NCBI GenBank assembly: GCA_018780035.1
Contig: JADMKE010000003.1
Location: 338,753 to 402,752 of the forward strand
Reading direction: 5' to 3'
DNA length: 64,000 nt
DNA from: Candidatus Sericytochromatia bacterium
Lineage (GTDB): Bacteria > Cyanobacteriota > Sericytochromatia > UBA7694
Shown here piece after piece: positions 8,681-18,197 of the stretch (positions within the stretch are counted from its first letter, which is position 1; each line of letters begins with the position of its first letter). A program made the translations under genes and the position numbers. The notes under the pieces are model-generated. The model ran no database searches. It was given only the letters and a program-made list of their open reading frames with translations, and was not told the origin of the DNA.

Positions 8681-10732
8681 TCAGCATGGGCTCTCATAAG
8701 ATTCAGGTGGCATCATATCGCTGGCACTGAGGGTGTAAGTCAGGTCAGGGTAGCGAAAGTCCATTTCCTGGTTCTCCCGGCGCCGCATTGGGTAAAAGGC
8801 CGACAACTCTTCTTGATTAGCCAAGGTCAGAGGTGTATTGTCAGCGAAGTAGGCCACTTGGTCACGAAAGTGCAGAAAGGTCTTGGAACAGCGAAAGGTG
8901 ATACCCAACCACGGGTTATCAGACTTGGGCGAAGCCGTCTCTAACACGATTTTGTGCCTGTAGTGCCGATTGCATTCGACAGAGAACAGCACAAAACTGT
9001 TGTGGGCCAAAACGATCTCGCTTTTTTTGCCGCCAGGCTGCTTTGATTCGATTAAGAGCTTTCGCGGCGAGGAGGTCAACTCAGGGTATTTGTAGCAGGA
9101 AAAGAGGGCAATAAACGAACCTTCGGCCAGATCCAAGGCCAGATCTGAGTGACTGCCCATGTGGGTATATGCGTGGGTGTAGGTTTCGATCAGGGCGTTA
9201 TTAAAACCCATTGGCAGCAAAGCCCGTTCTTGAATCTGCTGGGCCAATCGTTCATGTTCTAAGCTGAATAACTGCGCAGGCGCGCTGTAAACCGTTGTGG
9301 TGCGTACGATGGGAATGCCACCGCTTTCGCTGGGTTTGATCAGGACACTTCCCTGTCGGCCTTTTCCCAAGGTTTCAAAGCGAACAGACCCATACAGCGA
9401 ATCAAACAGATTGGCTTGATTCTCCAATCTATACACCCGAAAAGGCGCCTCTGGCGCGTATGTGGGGGCCAAATAATCGCCTTTGTTCATGCTGAAGCGA
9501 AATTGATCTCCGTATGCGATCACCGCCGGAGTCTTGTTCTCCTCTGCATATAAATGGCGCAGTTTTTCCAGGCCTTCAAGTGTGGGTGGTTCTAATTTTA
9601 GCGCTTGTCCATCCAATTTGAGGTAGGTCTGACCCTCTTTGTGAAAGGCCTCCGTTTTTGAACAGCGCACAACATACCCCAGACGGATGGGCAGCCGTTC
9701 GGCGTCCAAGGTCGAGGACTGGATTTCGTGTGTGTAAAGCCGGTTGGTGGACAAAGGCATGAAGAACACAGAGTTGGGGTACAAGGTCAACGTGAACTGA
9801 GGAGCCAGGGGATATTCAGGGTCATTCAGAACCGGCGCTTTGAGCCGAAAGTGCAGCTTGGTCAGCCCACTGGTTTCTTTGTAACCGTAATCAAAGGGGT
9901 CTTTGCTCAAGGGGTGCAGCTTATCGAGTTGGTCGTAAAAAGTGCAAAAAGCCATGATCCCATTGCTGGGCATGTCTTTGGTCTTGTCGGCATGTGCCGA
10001 AATTTTGGCTTTGCTCTGCTTTTTTTCAGCCTGAGCAGGGGTATTGTGGTAAATCTGAGCGAGGACATGATTCAGGCTCGCCGGGTTCTCGAAGATATTT
10101 GCTGCCTGCTCGTTTAGCGCCGCGACAATCTGTCTGTCGGTGATGCCAAAATCTTCACTTGGCCCCGAGAGATTTGTCGAACAGCGCAGCAGATGGAAGT
10201 GAAGTTCATCCCCTGCTTGCCTCACAGGGGTCAGATAAATCCCCGTGCGGTGGGCTTTACCAGGTTTATTGGACTCGGTGAGATCCTGAAAAATGTGTTC
10301 ATGGCTGATCCGGTTGAAATAATCGCAGTCTGGGTCGAAAAAGCGCCGATAGTAGATACCCACCCCATGCACCAAAATGGGGACTTGGCCCAAACTCACA
10401 AATTGCCAATCAGGTTTGACGGAAGCAGGCATCTCGCCCTGAGAAAGCGCTTGGATCACCGCGATTTGTTTTGCTTCGCTGAGATCGAATGCACTGAGAT
10501 GGGCTAAATCGCCACAAAGGTAAACGGTTTTGTGTGAGAAACTGGGCCTGCCAGCAGCAAGGTCGTTGGCTCTGAACACCTGGCCGTAAAAGTCTTTGAG
10601 CCAACTTTCAGCTGCGATTGGCGAGAGCAATAAGAGCAGATTGTTTGACGCGCGGAGGGTGGCTTCTGTATATTCGGGTGTTAAGTTCAACTGTTCTGAC
10701 ATTGATCTGTGCCAATGGCTAAAACTCGGCAA
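8681..10732 (-). CDS. Large protein with three tandem AlkB-like Fe(II)/2-oxoglutarate dioxygenase-fold repeats; only the C-terminal repeat has a complete H-x-D...H...R-x-S set
   Basis: The internal repeats are visible directly. B reads NSVFFMPLSTNRLYTHEI...RLGYVVRCSKTEAF. C reads NSFVLFSVECNRHYRHKI...WLGITFRCSKTFLHF. A is weaker: NRISHEHIF...LLRCSTNL. Repeat C has HSD about 60 aa upstream, resembling AlkB HQD...SRLFYHGI...RYNLTFRQ. The likely start is MSEQ, ~30 nt inside the track ORF. Confidence 0.5.
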   Translation of the reverse strand: MPSFSHWHRSMSEQLNLTPEYTEATLRASNNLLLLLSPIAAESWLKDFYGQVFRANDLAAGRPSFSHKTVYLCGDLAHLSAFDLSEAKQIAVIQALSQGEMPASVKPDWQFVSLGQVPILVHGVGIYYRRFFDPDCDYFNRISHEHIFQDLTESNKPGKAHRTGIYLTPVRQAGDELHFHLLRCSTNLSGPSEDFGITDRQIVAALNEQAANIFENPASLNHVLAQIYHNTPAQAEKKQSKAKISAHADKTKDMPSNGIMAFCTFYDQLDKLHPLSKDPFDYGYKETSGLTKLHFRLKAPVLNDPEYPLAPQFTLTLYPNSVFFMPLSTNRLYTHEIQSSTLDAERLPIRLGYVVRCSKTEAFHKEGQTYLKLDGQALKLEPPTLEGLEKLRHLYAEENKTPAVIAYGDQFRFSMNKGDYLAPTYAPEAPFRVYRLENQANLFDSLYGSVRFETLGKGRQGSVLIKPSESGGIPIVRTTTVYSAPAQLFSLEHERLAQQIQERALLPMGFNNALIETYTHAYTHMGSHSDLALDLAEGSFIALFSCYKYPELTSSPRKLLIESKQPGGKKSEIVLAHNSFVLFSVECNRHYRHKIVLETASPKSDNPWLGITFRCSKTFLHFRDQVAYFADNTPLTLANQEELSAFYPMRRRENQEMDFRYPDLTYTLSASDMMPPESYESPC

Positions 10733-11312
10733 TCATCTGCTTTAAGACGAGCAAACCCTCGCGGAAGACGGGCCAGCCATCACCCGTGAGCACGGCTTGC
10801 AATTGCAAGCAATCTGCCAAGCGCGACACAGAGGCTTGGGCCGCAGCTTTATCGCTGAGTTTGGCATCTGGCAAGAGACAGAGTTGGCCTGCCCGGTGGG
10901 AACGAATCAGATCGCCCGTGATCAAGGTTTGCCCCTCAATCAAAAACGCCAATTCTCCGGGTGTTTTAGAGCCTTCTAAGGCAAAGACCTGCAGACCCGG
11001 CAGGGGTTCATCGCCCTCGTCCAGCCAAGCTTGGCAATTGAGTGTTGCTTTTTCAGCCAAGGGCCCCCACAGGCGAGCACCCGTTTGGGCTGCCAAAAAT
11101 TCTCCGTCGCGCAAATGGTCGGAATTGCTGATAAAAATATGGCTGAGGGGGCCCAGTGATTGCAAATGGGCCAAGTCATGTTCGGTTAGGGGCAAGGGAT
11201 CAAAGGCGCAATTCCCTTCGGGCCTCACCCACAGCACCGAATGAAAATCGAGGTTGCGTTCGGGGTTAAAGACGCTCCAGCCCCAAAAGGCCGGCTGATG
11301 TAATGCTTTCAT
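10719..11312 (-). CDS. Small MBL-fold metallo-hydrolase-like protein
   Basis: 197 aa. Pattern SHIFISNSDHLRDGEF...ITGDLI...HRAGQ resembles the truncated HxHxDH-region family annotated as MBL-fold metallo-hydrolase. It overlaps the start of the downstream 683-aa gene. Confidence 0.5.
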   Translation of the reverse strand: MKALHQPAFWGWSVFNPERNLDFHSVLWVRPEGNCAFDPLPLTEHDLAHLQSLGPLSHIFISNSDHLRDGEFLAAQTGARLWGPLAEKATLNCQAWLDEGDEPLPGLQVFALEGSKTPGELAFLIEGQTLITGDLIRSHRAGQLCLLPDAKLSDKAAAQASVSRLADCLQLQAVLTGDGWPVFREGLLVLKQMIAEF

Positions 11313-11614
11313 GGTCTACCTTCTTTGCGCGAACAATCTAGAGGCATTGTACCTTTAAACCAAAGTTAAAAGATAAATTTACAGGAATTGAAATGGAATC
11401 CAAGATTGTGTATAATCATTTTGCTTTTGTTGGGTGCTCATTTTTACTCAATCGGCCTAAAACCGGGGGTTTTCCAAAAATAAGACCTTGTTAACTCTCT
11501 ATTTGAAGGGCGATGATGTCTCAGCTTAAATTTACCTGGAGCCATGTGGGCCTATTCTGTCAAATGTGAAGAATCAGAAAAATATGCTAAATTGGCAGGT
11601 GTTGAACCCAAACC

Positions 11615-11637
11615 ATGTAAACCCCCAGGATTTACAT
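11615..11637. promoter_or_regulatory. Perfect 7-bp inverted repeat ATGTAAA-N9-TTTACAT in the divergent intergenic region upstream of the methyltransferase gene
   Basis: Read directly: atgtaaa cccccagga tttacat, about 40-60 nt upstream of the candidate starts at 11678 and 11696. Could be an operator. Confidence 0.25.
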
Positions 11638-11677
11638 TTGCGCCCTAAATTTCAAGGTTTTTTTATTAAAATAGCTG

Positions 11678-12568
11678 GTGAAAGCTGAAAAAATAATGAA
11701 CGCTCACATGGAACACACGCTTCAATCGATGTTAGACGTCTCTAGCACCCTGTTGATCACTCTCTTTGCCCGTGCCAAAGAAAGTGGCAGCAAAGCGCCA
11801 ATCATCCAAGACAAAAAAGCTGAAGCGATGATCGATAGAATTAAACAGGCCATAGTGGGTTCTGCCAACCCCATCCATCAAAAGATCTTAAAAGACCAAT
11901 ACCCTGCCAAATTGGGGGTCACGATGGCCTTACGCAGCCGACGATTTGATCAGTATGTGCAGGCCTACTTAAACAAATATCCCCAAGGAACTGTGATCAA
12001 TTTAGGCTGTGGCTTGGATACCCGTTTTGAGCGCTTAGATAACGGCCAAGTATATTGGTACGATTTGGATTTTCCCGAAGTAATTGAACTGCGGCGCCAC
12101 TTTATGACGGAAAATCCCCGCCATCCATTTTTGGGAATTTCAATTCTCGACCCCAGCTGGGTCGATTTAATCAAAAAGCAGGGACCCTTTTTAATTTTGG
12201 CAGAAGGACTCCTGATGTACCTCAAAGAAGATGAGGTCAAAGCCCTATTTGCTCTTATGTACAGCGCTTTTGGGCCCTCAGAAATTGTCTGCGAAGTCAC
12301 TCACCGCTATTGGGTCGAAAAAATGAGGCACCCTTATATGCAATGGAAACTCAAACGCCAATTGGGCATGACTGGGGGGGCCATTTTTCAATTCGGTATA
12401 CCCGACAGTCGCTATTTTGAATCCTGGAGTCCCAATTATATCTTTCTCGATGAGTGGACCTATTTCGACGACAAAGAAAAAAAGTTGGGTTGGTTTAACT
12501 GGTTTGCAGCGATTCAAATTTTGCGCAAAGTACAATGGACGGTCCACTACCAATTCGGTGAAAAATGA
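11678..12568 (+). CDS. Class I SAM-dependent methyltransferase, LCM/TcmP (leucine carboxyl / polyketide O-methyltransferase) family
   Basis: VINLGCGLDTRFERL is the characteristic LCM-family SAM-binding motif, with a matching downstream acidic loop. The track start is GTG; ATG at 11696 is an alternative. Confidence 0.7.
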   Translation: MKAEKIMNAHMEHTLQSMLDVSSTLLITLFARAKESGSKAPIIQDKKAEAMIDRIKQAIVGSANPIHQKILKDQYPAKLGVTMALRSRRFDQYVQAYLNKYPQGTVINLGCGLDTRFERLDNGQVYWYDLDFPEVIELRRHFMTENPRHPFLGISILDPSWVDLIKKQGPFLILAEGLLMYLKEDEVKALFALMYSAFGPSEIVCEVTHRYWVEKMRHPYMQWKLKRQLGMTGGAIFQFGIPDSRYFESWSPNYIFLDEWTYFDDKEKKLGWFNWFAAIQILRKVQWTVHYQFGEK

Positions 12569-12628
12569 AGCCAAACTGTTGGGCTTTGTGACCAAATCCT
12601 GACAACCCTGAATGTTATACTAACAAAC

Positions 12629-14026
12629 ATGTTAAAACCCTCAGACTTGCAAGCGTTGATTCCCCTTGGTCAAGGGCCCGGCACCCGCGTTTGGAAAGGG
12701 ATGGATACCGATGGTCAGCCACTGCTGCTCAAGACCTTTTCATTGGCTGATGCCCCCAATTGGAAAGCCGAGGAACTCTTTGCCCGTGAAGCGCAGGTCT
12801 TACAACAATTGGACCACCCGAGTTTACCCCGGCTCTTGGCCTATGGAGTCGAAGACCAGAGCTCTTACCTGATCTACCCGTTTATTGAAGGTGAAAGCCT
12901 GCAGGCCAAATTGGAAGCCGGTTGGCGACCTGATCAGACCCAGGTTTTTGACCTGATGCGCCAATTGCTGACAACCCTGATTTGGCTACATGATCGCCAG
13001 CCGCCTTTGGTGCACAGAGATATCAAACCCTCCAATTTGATTCTCACGCCAGATCGACAATTGTATTTGATCGACTTTGGTTCGGTGTTGCAGCACCTCA
13101 AACCCCAGGGCGGCTCCACCGTGGCAGGCACCTTTGGCTATATGGCCCCAGAGCAATTGAGTGGCAGGGCCTTGCCCGCCAGCGATCTCTATGGCGTGGG
13201 TGCGAGCCTGATTCATTTACTCAGTGGCAAGGCCCCCGGTGAATTGCCCCAAGAGCGACTCTGGATACGCTTTGAAGCCTATGTACAGCTCTCAGCCCCA
13301 CTCCAACGCTGGATCAAAACCCTGATTGACCCCGTGCTCGAAGAGCGCTGTCAGAATGCGCGCCAAGCTCTGGCCGGTTTGGAAAAAGCCCTGATGGCTC
13401 AAATGCTCACAGAGAAAGGTGCGCTAAGCGTTGTGCCACAAACAGAAAAAGGCCTAAAGATCGCTGAAAATCTGGACCTGATCAAACGCTGGCCGATTCC
13501 TGTTCCGGAATCGGGCATGCTTGCCATTGAAGTTCAAAAAGTCCCGCAGGGAATCTCACTCATGCTGCCCCGCCGGGAGTCCACTCAGAGTGGAAAGTAT
13601 TTTTTTAGTTTGAATGTTGGCTTATGGGCTGCGGCGACAGCACTTTACCTGGTATCTAAACAGAGTATGAGTTCACTGAGTATGTCAAATTACCTTTTTC
13701 AGTTTCTGGCAGTCTCAGCGGGTTTTGGCATGAGCACCTATTACCGCCATCAGCGTCTCAGTTCGCTCCAAACCCACCTCACGCTCTCAGAAGACAAGCT
13801 GATTGTACACTTTTCTGACCAAGCCAAGTCACACCACATTCCCTGGCCGAACGTCAGCGAATTTAAACAATTGCGCAGGGGGCGGGGCATCCAGCTCAAA
13901 TACCGAGATGCCAAGACGGGCAAACGCAGACGGTTGCGTCTCGGCCGGAGTTTGGAAGCGTATGAACAGTACTGGTTATATGGCATGTTAGAAGATTTTA
14001 AAAACAGTCTTTCCATTCCAGATTGA
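12629..14026 (+). CDS. Ser/Thr protein kinase with C-terminal TM segments and bPH-like domain
   Basis: HRDIKPSNLIL catalytic loop, DFG, GTFGYMAPE activation segment. After the kinase domain come two hydrophobic helices and a PH-like region. Confidence 0.85.
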   Translation: MLKPSDLQALIPLGQGPGTRVWKGMDTDGQPLLLKTFSLADAPNWKAEELFAREAQVLQQLDHPSLPRLLAYGVEDQSSYLIYPFIEGESLQAKLEAGWRPDQTQVFDLMRQLLTTLIWLHDRQPPLVHRDIKPSNLILTPDRQLYLIDFGSVLQHLKPQGGSTVAGTFGYMAPEQLSGRALPASDLYGVGASLIHLLSGKAPGELPQERLWIRFEAYVQLSAPLQRWIKTLIDPVLEERCQNARQALAGLEKALMAQMLTEKGALSVVPQTEKGLKIAENLDLIKRWPIPVPESGMLAIEVQKVPQGISLMLPRRESTQSGKYFFSLNVGLWAAATALYLVSKQSMSSLSMSNYLFQFLAVSAGFGMSTYYRHQRLSSLQTHLTLSEDKLIVHFSDQAKSHHIPWPNVSEFKQLRRGRGIQLKYRDAKTGKRRRLRLGRSLEAYEQYWLYGMLEDFKNSLSIPD

Positions 14027-14064
14027 TTCCGCCACAGAATCGCATTTTTAAAAAGGACAATCAA

Positions 14065-15018
14065 ATGAAATCCCGCCCAGAACCAGCTAACTTCATCACC
14101 CTGCTCATTTTTGCAATTCTGGGCCTGTGCTTTTGCATAGTTGCAATCTGGACAGCATGGGACAAACACCAGATCATCACCACCTGGCCAAGGGCCAATG
14201 CCCAGGTGGTTCAGAGCCGGGTCAATCTGTATAAACCCACTGTCTACCAAGCAGAAATCCAGGTTCGTTACCAGGTCCAGGGCAAAACCTACACCCCCAT
14301 ACTCAAAAGTGAGGATACCAGTTCTCTGTATGGCTTAATGCAGGCCCTGGTTGAGCGCTACCCTGTAGACAGCACCCAAACACTGCCTTATTCACCCTCT
14401 GCGCCAGACCAGCCCGTCCTGGATGCGGGCTACCATCTGCGGTTTTTCTTCTGGCCCTTGCTCTTGGCTGTGATCGGCCTGATTCTCAGTTTGATTGCTC
14501 TGGCCCTGTGGATTTGGCCTTATTTGCCCCAAAAGCCCCGCAAAAAAGGGCCCGATCGCATTGGCAAATACCTGCCTGTTTGGGTGGGGGGGATCTTTGC
14601 CGGAATCGGGCTGCTTTTGTTGACCCTTGTGGGAGTCTGGGCCTTGAATCAGGCCCAGGCCCGCCAATGGCCGGAGCTCAAAGCTGAGATTGTCGGAAGC
14701 CAAATTTTGACCTACTCCCAGCGCTCAAGCACGCGCTATTTTGCCCCCGCTTTGGATCTGAGCTATACCGTGGCAGGCAAAACCTATCTCAGACCTGTCT
14801 GCCCAGAAAGTGGCCTGAGCGAAGCCGAAGCCAAAGACCGACTGGCCACGGCCTATGGGCTCAAACAGTTGTTGAGCCTGCGAGTCAACCCCAAGAGCCC
14901 CTATGAAATCGAGCTTTACCCCGCCCCATTTACTCTGGGCTGGATTCTGGGTGGGATCGGCACCACCTTTCTGCTTTTGGGAAGTGTGATTGGGCTGGCC
15001 TTTCGCAAAGGGATTTAA
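14065..15018 (+). CDS. Membrane protein with two DUF3592-type domains
   Basis: Two repeats of a TM helix followed by a beta-rich domain (…WPRANAQVVQSRVN…QVRYQVQGKTY and …WPELKAEIVGSQIL…DLSYTVAGKTY). The track ORF from 14023 overlaps the kinase stop with ATGA; AAGGA precedes the ATG at 14065. Confidence 0.6.
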   Translation: MKSRPEPANFITLLIFAILGLCFCIVAIWTAWDKHQIITTWPRANAQVVQSRVNLYKPTVYQAEIQVRYQVQGKTYTPILKSEDTSSLYGLMQALVERYPVDSTQTLPYSPSAPDQPVLDAGYHLRFFFWPLLLAVIGLILSLIALALWIWPYLPQKPRKKGPDRIGKYLPVWVGGIFAGIGLLLLTLVGVWALNQAQARQWPELKAEIVGSQILTYSQRSSTRYFAPALDLSYTVAGKTYLRPVCPESGLSEAEAKDRLATAYGLKQLLSLRVNPKSPYEIELYPAPFTLGWILGGIGTTFLLLGSVIGLAFRKGI

Positions 15019-15164
15019 AGTACCTTAGAGACAGCCTAATCTGTTTTTGTTCCAGACAGAAATGGCCAACTCTTTTTTAGACGATTTGCTTGAATTTTGT
15101 TGTTTTTGGGGGAGGATGTTAGAATAACAAAATAATTTAACTGCAATCTGAAACGAGGTTTCCT

Positions 15165-18100
15165 GTGATTAAACATGTCCCTTTCAGCAAAATTCCTCTT
15201 TTGTCTCTGACGTTGGGACTCAGTGCTTGCAACCCTTTTGAACCTCTACTCACCCCCCTTAGCGATAGCCCCGCTGTGGTTGAAAGCACCGGCAGCAGTG
15301 AAGATGTGAAGCCCGTGGCATTTTTAAGCAAACCGAGCTTGGCCGTGGAAGAAGATCTCAAAGAGGTTTCTGGGGAATTCACGGTTCAGTTTGCTGGCAA
15401 TGCCAGTCTTGTCTTGGAGGTACCCCTTGATAAATCCCTTTTGCCCGCCCAAGTCAAACCGATTCAATTTCAGCTCGAAAGACTTAACAATGGCCAATGG
15501 CAGCGCACCGGCTTTCTCGATCGCTATGATGCCAGCACAGGCAAGATTTCGTTTCAGGTGCAAGCAGACAGCCCCGGCTTAAGGCTGGCCCAAGAGAGCG
15601 TTGGGCGCTACCGCATTCGCATCTATCTCTTGAGCAATCAGGTCACGGTTTCGCGCCCTGGGTCGCCGTTTAAGTTTCACTATTACCCCAGTCGCTTGGG
15701 TTACCAGGCCAGTGTCAAATCTGACAGTGCCTGGAACAGCAGCAGCGGCCATGCCACAGACCCCAATGTGCCCGATTATATCGAAGACCTCGACGCGGCA
15801 ATGAATGAAGCCTATCGCCAGATCCGGGTAATTCGGCGCTCCAATGGCGAATTTTTGTTTAAACAGCCCACTGAGCCGATGGATGTCTATGTGCATGATA
15901 CGGGTGCCAATGCCGGAGACAGCGATCTCGGCGGCCCGATCAGCATCAGCAGCACCAAACTCAAGAATTATCTCGACATGAAAGTCATTGGCGGGCATGA
16001 GCTGATTCACCTGCTCCAGAGCCAGTATTATGCCCTGTTGGGCGCTGTTTCAGGCCGCAAGAACCGGGCCTTTATTGAGTCTTCGGCCCATTATTTGAGC
16101 ATTGCAGCCAATGGGCTGAGCCCCGAAGAGCGCAAAAATATCTATGCCGAAACCAACAAAGATTATCTCAGCGTCTCGCTCACCACCGCCACCGACGACA
16201 ATATGTATTCGTCGGCCCATTTCTTCGATTGGCTCAGCCGTGAATACAGCCACACCGTCATTCCCGACAGCTTGGCCTATGGCTCCAGAGATGATCACGA
16301 CTCGCTCTCAGCAGTCTTGCAAAAAGACGAGGGGATCAGCCTGGTCTCGGCGTACAAGGCCTATGGCGAGTATCTGATGAGCCACCCCGAAGACACAGGC
16401 GGATTTGGCTCTGTGCAAAAAGGCGCATTGAGCAGCTATGCCACCCAGCAGGGTTTTCTCAGCAGCAATTTTTTGCGCGATGGTCAGTATTACAGCCATT
16501 TCAACGCAACCCTGCCCCCACTGAGCATGAGCATGGCGATTGTGCGCGGCAATAGCGAACGCTCAAGTCTCTTGGTGGCCCGTGCCCAGCCTCAAACAGG
16601 GGTGGTCAGCAGCCAGACCTATTTTTTCAGCAGCGGCAAAGACAGCGATTACGCCAAAACAGGTCCTGCTGATAGCTATTTCAACTTTTTCAGTGGCAAA
16701 GCCCTGACCCAAGCCGACTTCGGCTTTGGCACGAACAATCCCAAAGTGATGGAGCAATTGCTGATCAATCCCAGCCGTGTCTCTGCGGCCAAAGTGGAGG
16801 TGGATTATTATCTTTTGCAGGCCCAAGATGTGACCTCGCTTGAAGATGGCAAGGTCAGTTGGAGCAATGCCCGGATCGCAGGCATTCCCGAACGCCTGCT
16901 CAAAGGCTTTCGCGTGTTTATCGACGGGGGGGTCATAGAAGGGGCTGAGCTGGTACCCCTGAGCGCAGGCAACTCTTTCAGCAGCCCGCTGATTCGGCCC
17001 GATCACCGAGCCCAGATTTCGGTGGTCGATCTTGCTGGCAATGTCTGGCCAGAACGGCCCAGTGGCAACGGCCCCCAGGATATTTCGCTCTCACTCTCGC
17101 CCGCCAGCAGTTCGCTTTTGCTGATCAACAAAGAATTAAAGATCTCCCCCTCCGTGATCGGCACCGAGTTAACCGAGGTCAACTGGGAATTGATCTCTGA
17201 ATTTCCCGAAAACCCGGTCAAAGGTCGCCTGCGCTTTGACGGCAACGACGCCATCTATGTCGCTCCCAACGAATATGTGGCCGGAGAATGTGTGGTGGCC
17301 CGTGTCAAAGCCAAACCCAGTGTCAGCCGACAGGTTTGTATTGGTGTCAGCACGGTGATAGACACCGTCTGCGTGTTGCCCGACACCCCGATCACCCTCA
17401 GCACAGGGGCCAAAAAGCCGATCCAGGCCCTGCTCCCCGGTGACCGTATTTTGGCCTGGGACAGCACCCGCAAAGAGGTCCAAGCCGCGCGGGTTGATGA
17501 AGTTTTAAAACACAGCGACAAACCCTATACCGTCGAGCAATTGCGCACACTTTCGGGCCAAAACCTGACCCTGACCGACAACCACCCCATTGCCACCCCC
17601 GCAGGTTGGAAACAGGTCAACCAGCTCAAAGCCGGGGACCTGATCTACCTGATCAACCCCGTCACAGGCCTGCGCGAGAGCAGCACCATTGCCAGTATTG
17701 TCAAAGAGGCCCGGCCTGCCAATCTGGTTTACAATCTTAAAACCACCCTCGGCAATTATATCGCCAACGATATCCTGGTCCACAATAAATGCCTGGCCGC
17801 AGACACCCAAATTGAAACCCCCACTGGCCTGAGAGCAATCAAAGAACTGCAATTGGGCGATCAGGTTTGGGGCCAAGTGGCAGGAAAGAAACAGGCCGTG
17901 AAGATCACCGCCCTGTTTGAAAAACAGACCGTCTTGCCCCATTTGCCTGGCAAACGGCTGAGTCCAGAGCTGAGCCTGACCGACAACCACCGCTTACAGC
18001 TTGAGGGAGTCTGGCAGGCTGTTGGCAAAACAGCTTATCCCGCTCGCCCAATCAGCGGCCCGGTCTATGATCTCGAAACCGAAAGTGGCAATCTCTGGAG

Positions 18101-18197
18101 CCAGGGTTTCTTGCTGGAAGCGGGGTACGAAGTGAAGAGTGAAGTGAAAAGCGAAGTGGGCCCCAAAGAAAATGTCGCCAAACGCTTGGCTTTTTAA
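15165..18197 (+). CDS. Lipoprotein with zincin-like HExxH metallopeptidase motif and two tandem Hint (bacterial intein-like, BIL) domains
   Basis: GTG start with GAGG 10 nt upstream. Lipobox LTLGLSAC. Active-site-like GGHELIHLL followed by E ~23 aa later (gluzincin-like). Hint-1 has Cys1 (CVLPDTPITL..GD), block B (TDNHP) and terminal VHN-C. Hint-2 starts at that Cys (CLAADTQIETPTGL..GD..TDNHR) and lacks the terminal HN. An EVKSEVKSEV repeat sits near the C-terminus. Confidence 0.7.
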   Translation: MIKHVPFSKIPLLSLTLGLSACNPFEPLLTPLSDSPAVVESTGSSEDVKPVAFLSKPSLAVEEDLKEVSGEFTVQFAGNASLVLEVPLDKSLLPAQVKPIQFQLERLNNGQWQRTGFLDRYDASTGKISFQVQADSPGLRLAQESVGRYRIRIYLLSNQVTVSRPGSPFKFHYYPSRLGYQASVKSDSAWNSSSGHATDPNVPDYIEDLDAAMNEAYRQIRVIRRSNGEFLFKQPTEPMDVYVHDTGANAGDSDLGGPISISSTKLKNYLDMKVIGGHELIHLLQSQYYALLGAVSGRKNRAFIESSAHYLSIAANGLSPEERKNIYAETNKDYLSVSLTTATDDNMYSSAHFFDWLSREYSHTVIPDSLAYGSRDDHDSLSAVLQKDEGISLVSAYKAYGEYLMSHPEDTGGFGSVQKGALSSYATQQGFLSSNFLRDGQYYSHFNATLPPLSMSMAIVRGNSERSSLLVARAQPQTGVVSSQTYFFSSGKDSDYAKTGPADSYFNFFSGKALTQADFGFGTNNPKVMEQLLINPSRVSAAKVEVDYYLLQAQDVTSLEDGKVSWSNARIAGIPERLLKGFRVFIDGGVIEGAELVPLSAGNSFSSPLIRPDHRAQISVVDLAGNVWPERPSGNGPQDISLSLSPASSSLLLINKELKISPSVIGTELTEVNWELISEFPENPVKGRLRFDGNDAIYVAPNEYVAGECVVARVKAKPSVSRQVCIGVSTVIDTVCVLPDTPITLSTGAKKPIQALLPGDRILAWDSTRKEVQAARVDEVLKHSDKPYTVEQLRTLSGQNLTLTDNHPIATPAGWKQVNQLKAGDLIYLINPVTGLRESSTIASIVKEARPANLVYNLKTTLGNYIANDILVHNKCLAADTQIETPTGLRAIKELQLGDQVWGQVAGKKQAVKITALFEKQTVLPHLPGKRLSPELSLTDNHRLQLEGVWQAVGKTAYPARPISGPVYDLETESGNLWSQGFLLEAGYEVKSEVKSEVGPKENVAKRLAF

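Noticed and set aside
6459-10732. Possibility that the UvrD-like helicase plus the neighbouring large protein form a Gabija-like (GajA/GajB) defence pair
   Set aside because: The 683-aa neighbour has no P-loop ATPase or TOPRIM motifs. The helicase has housekeeping UvrD/PcrA length and motif set.
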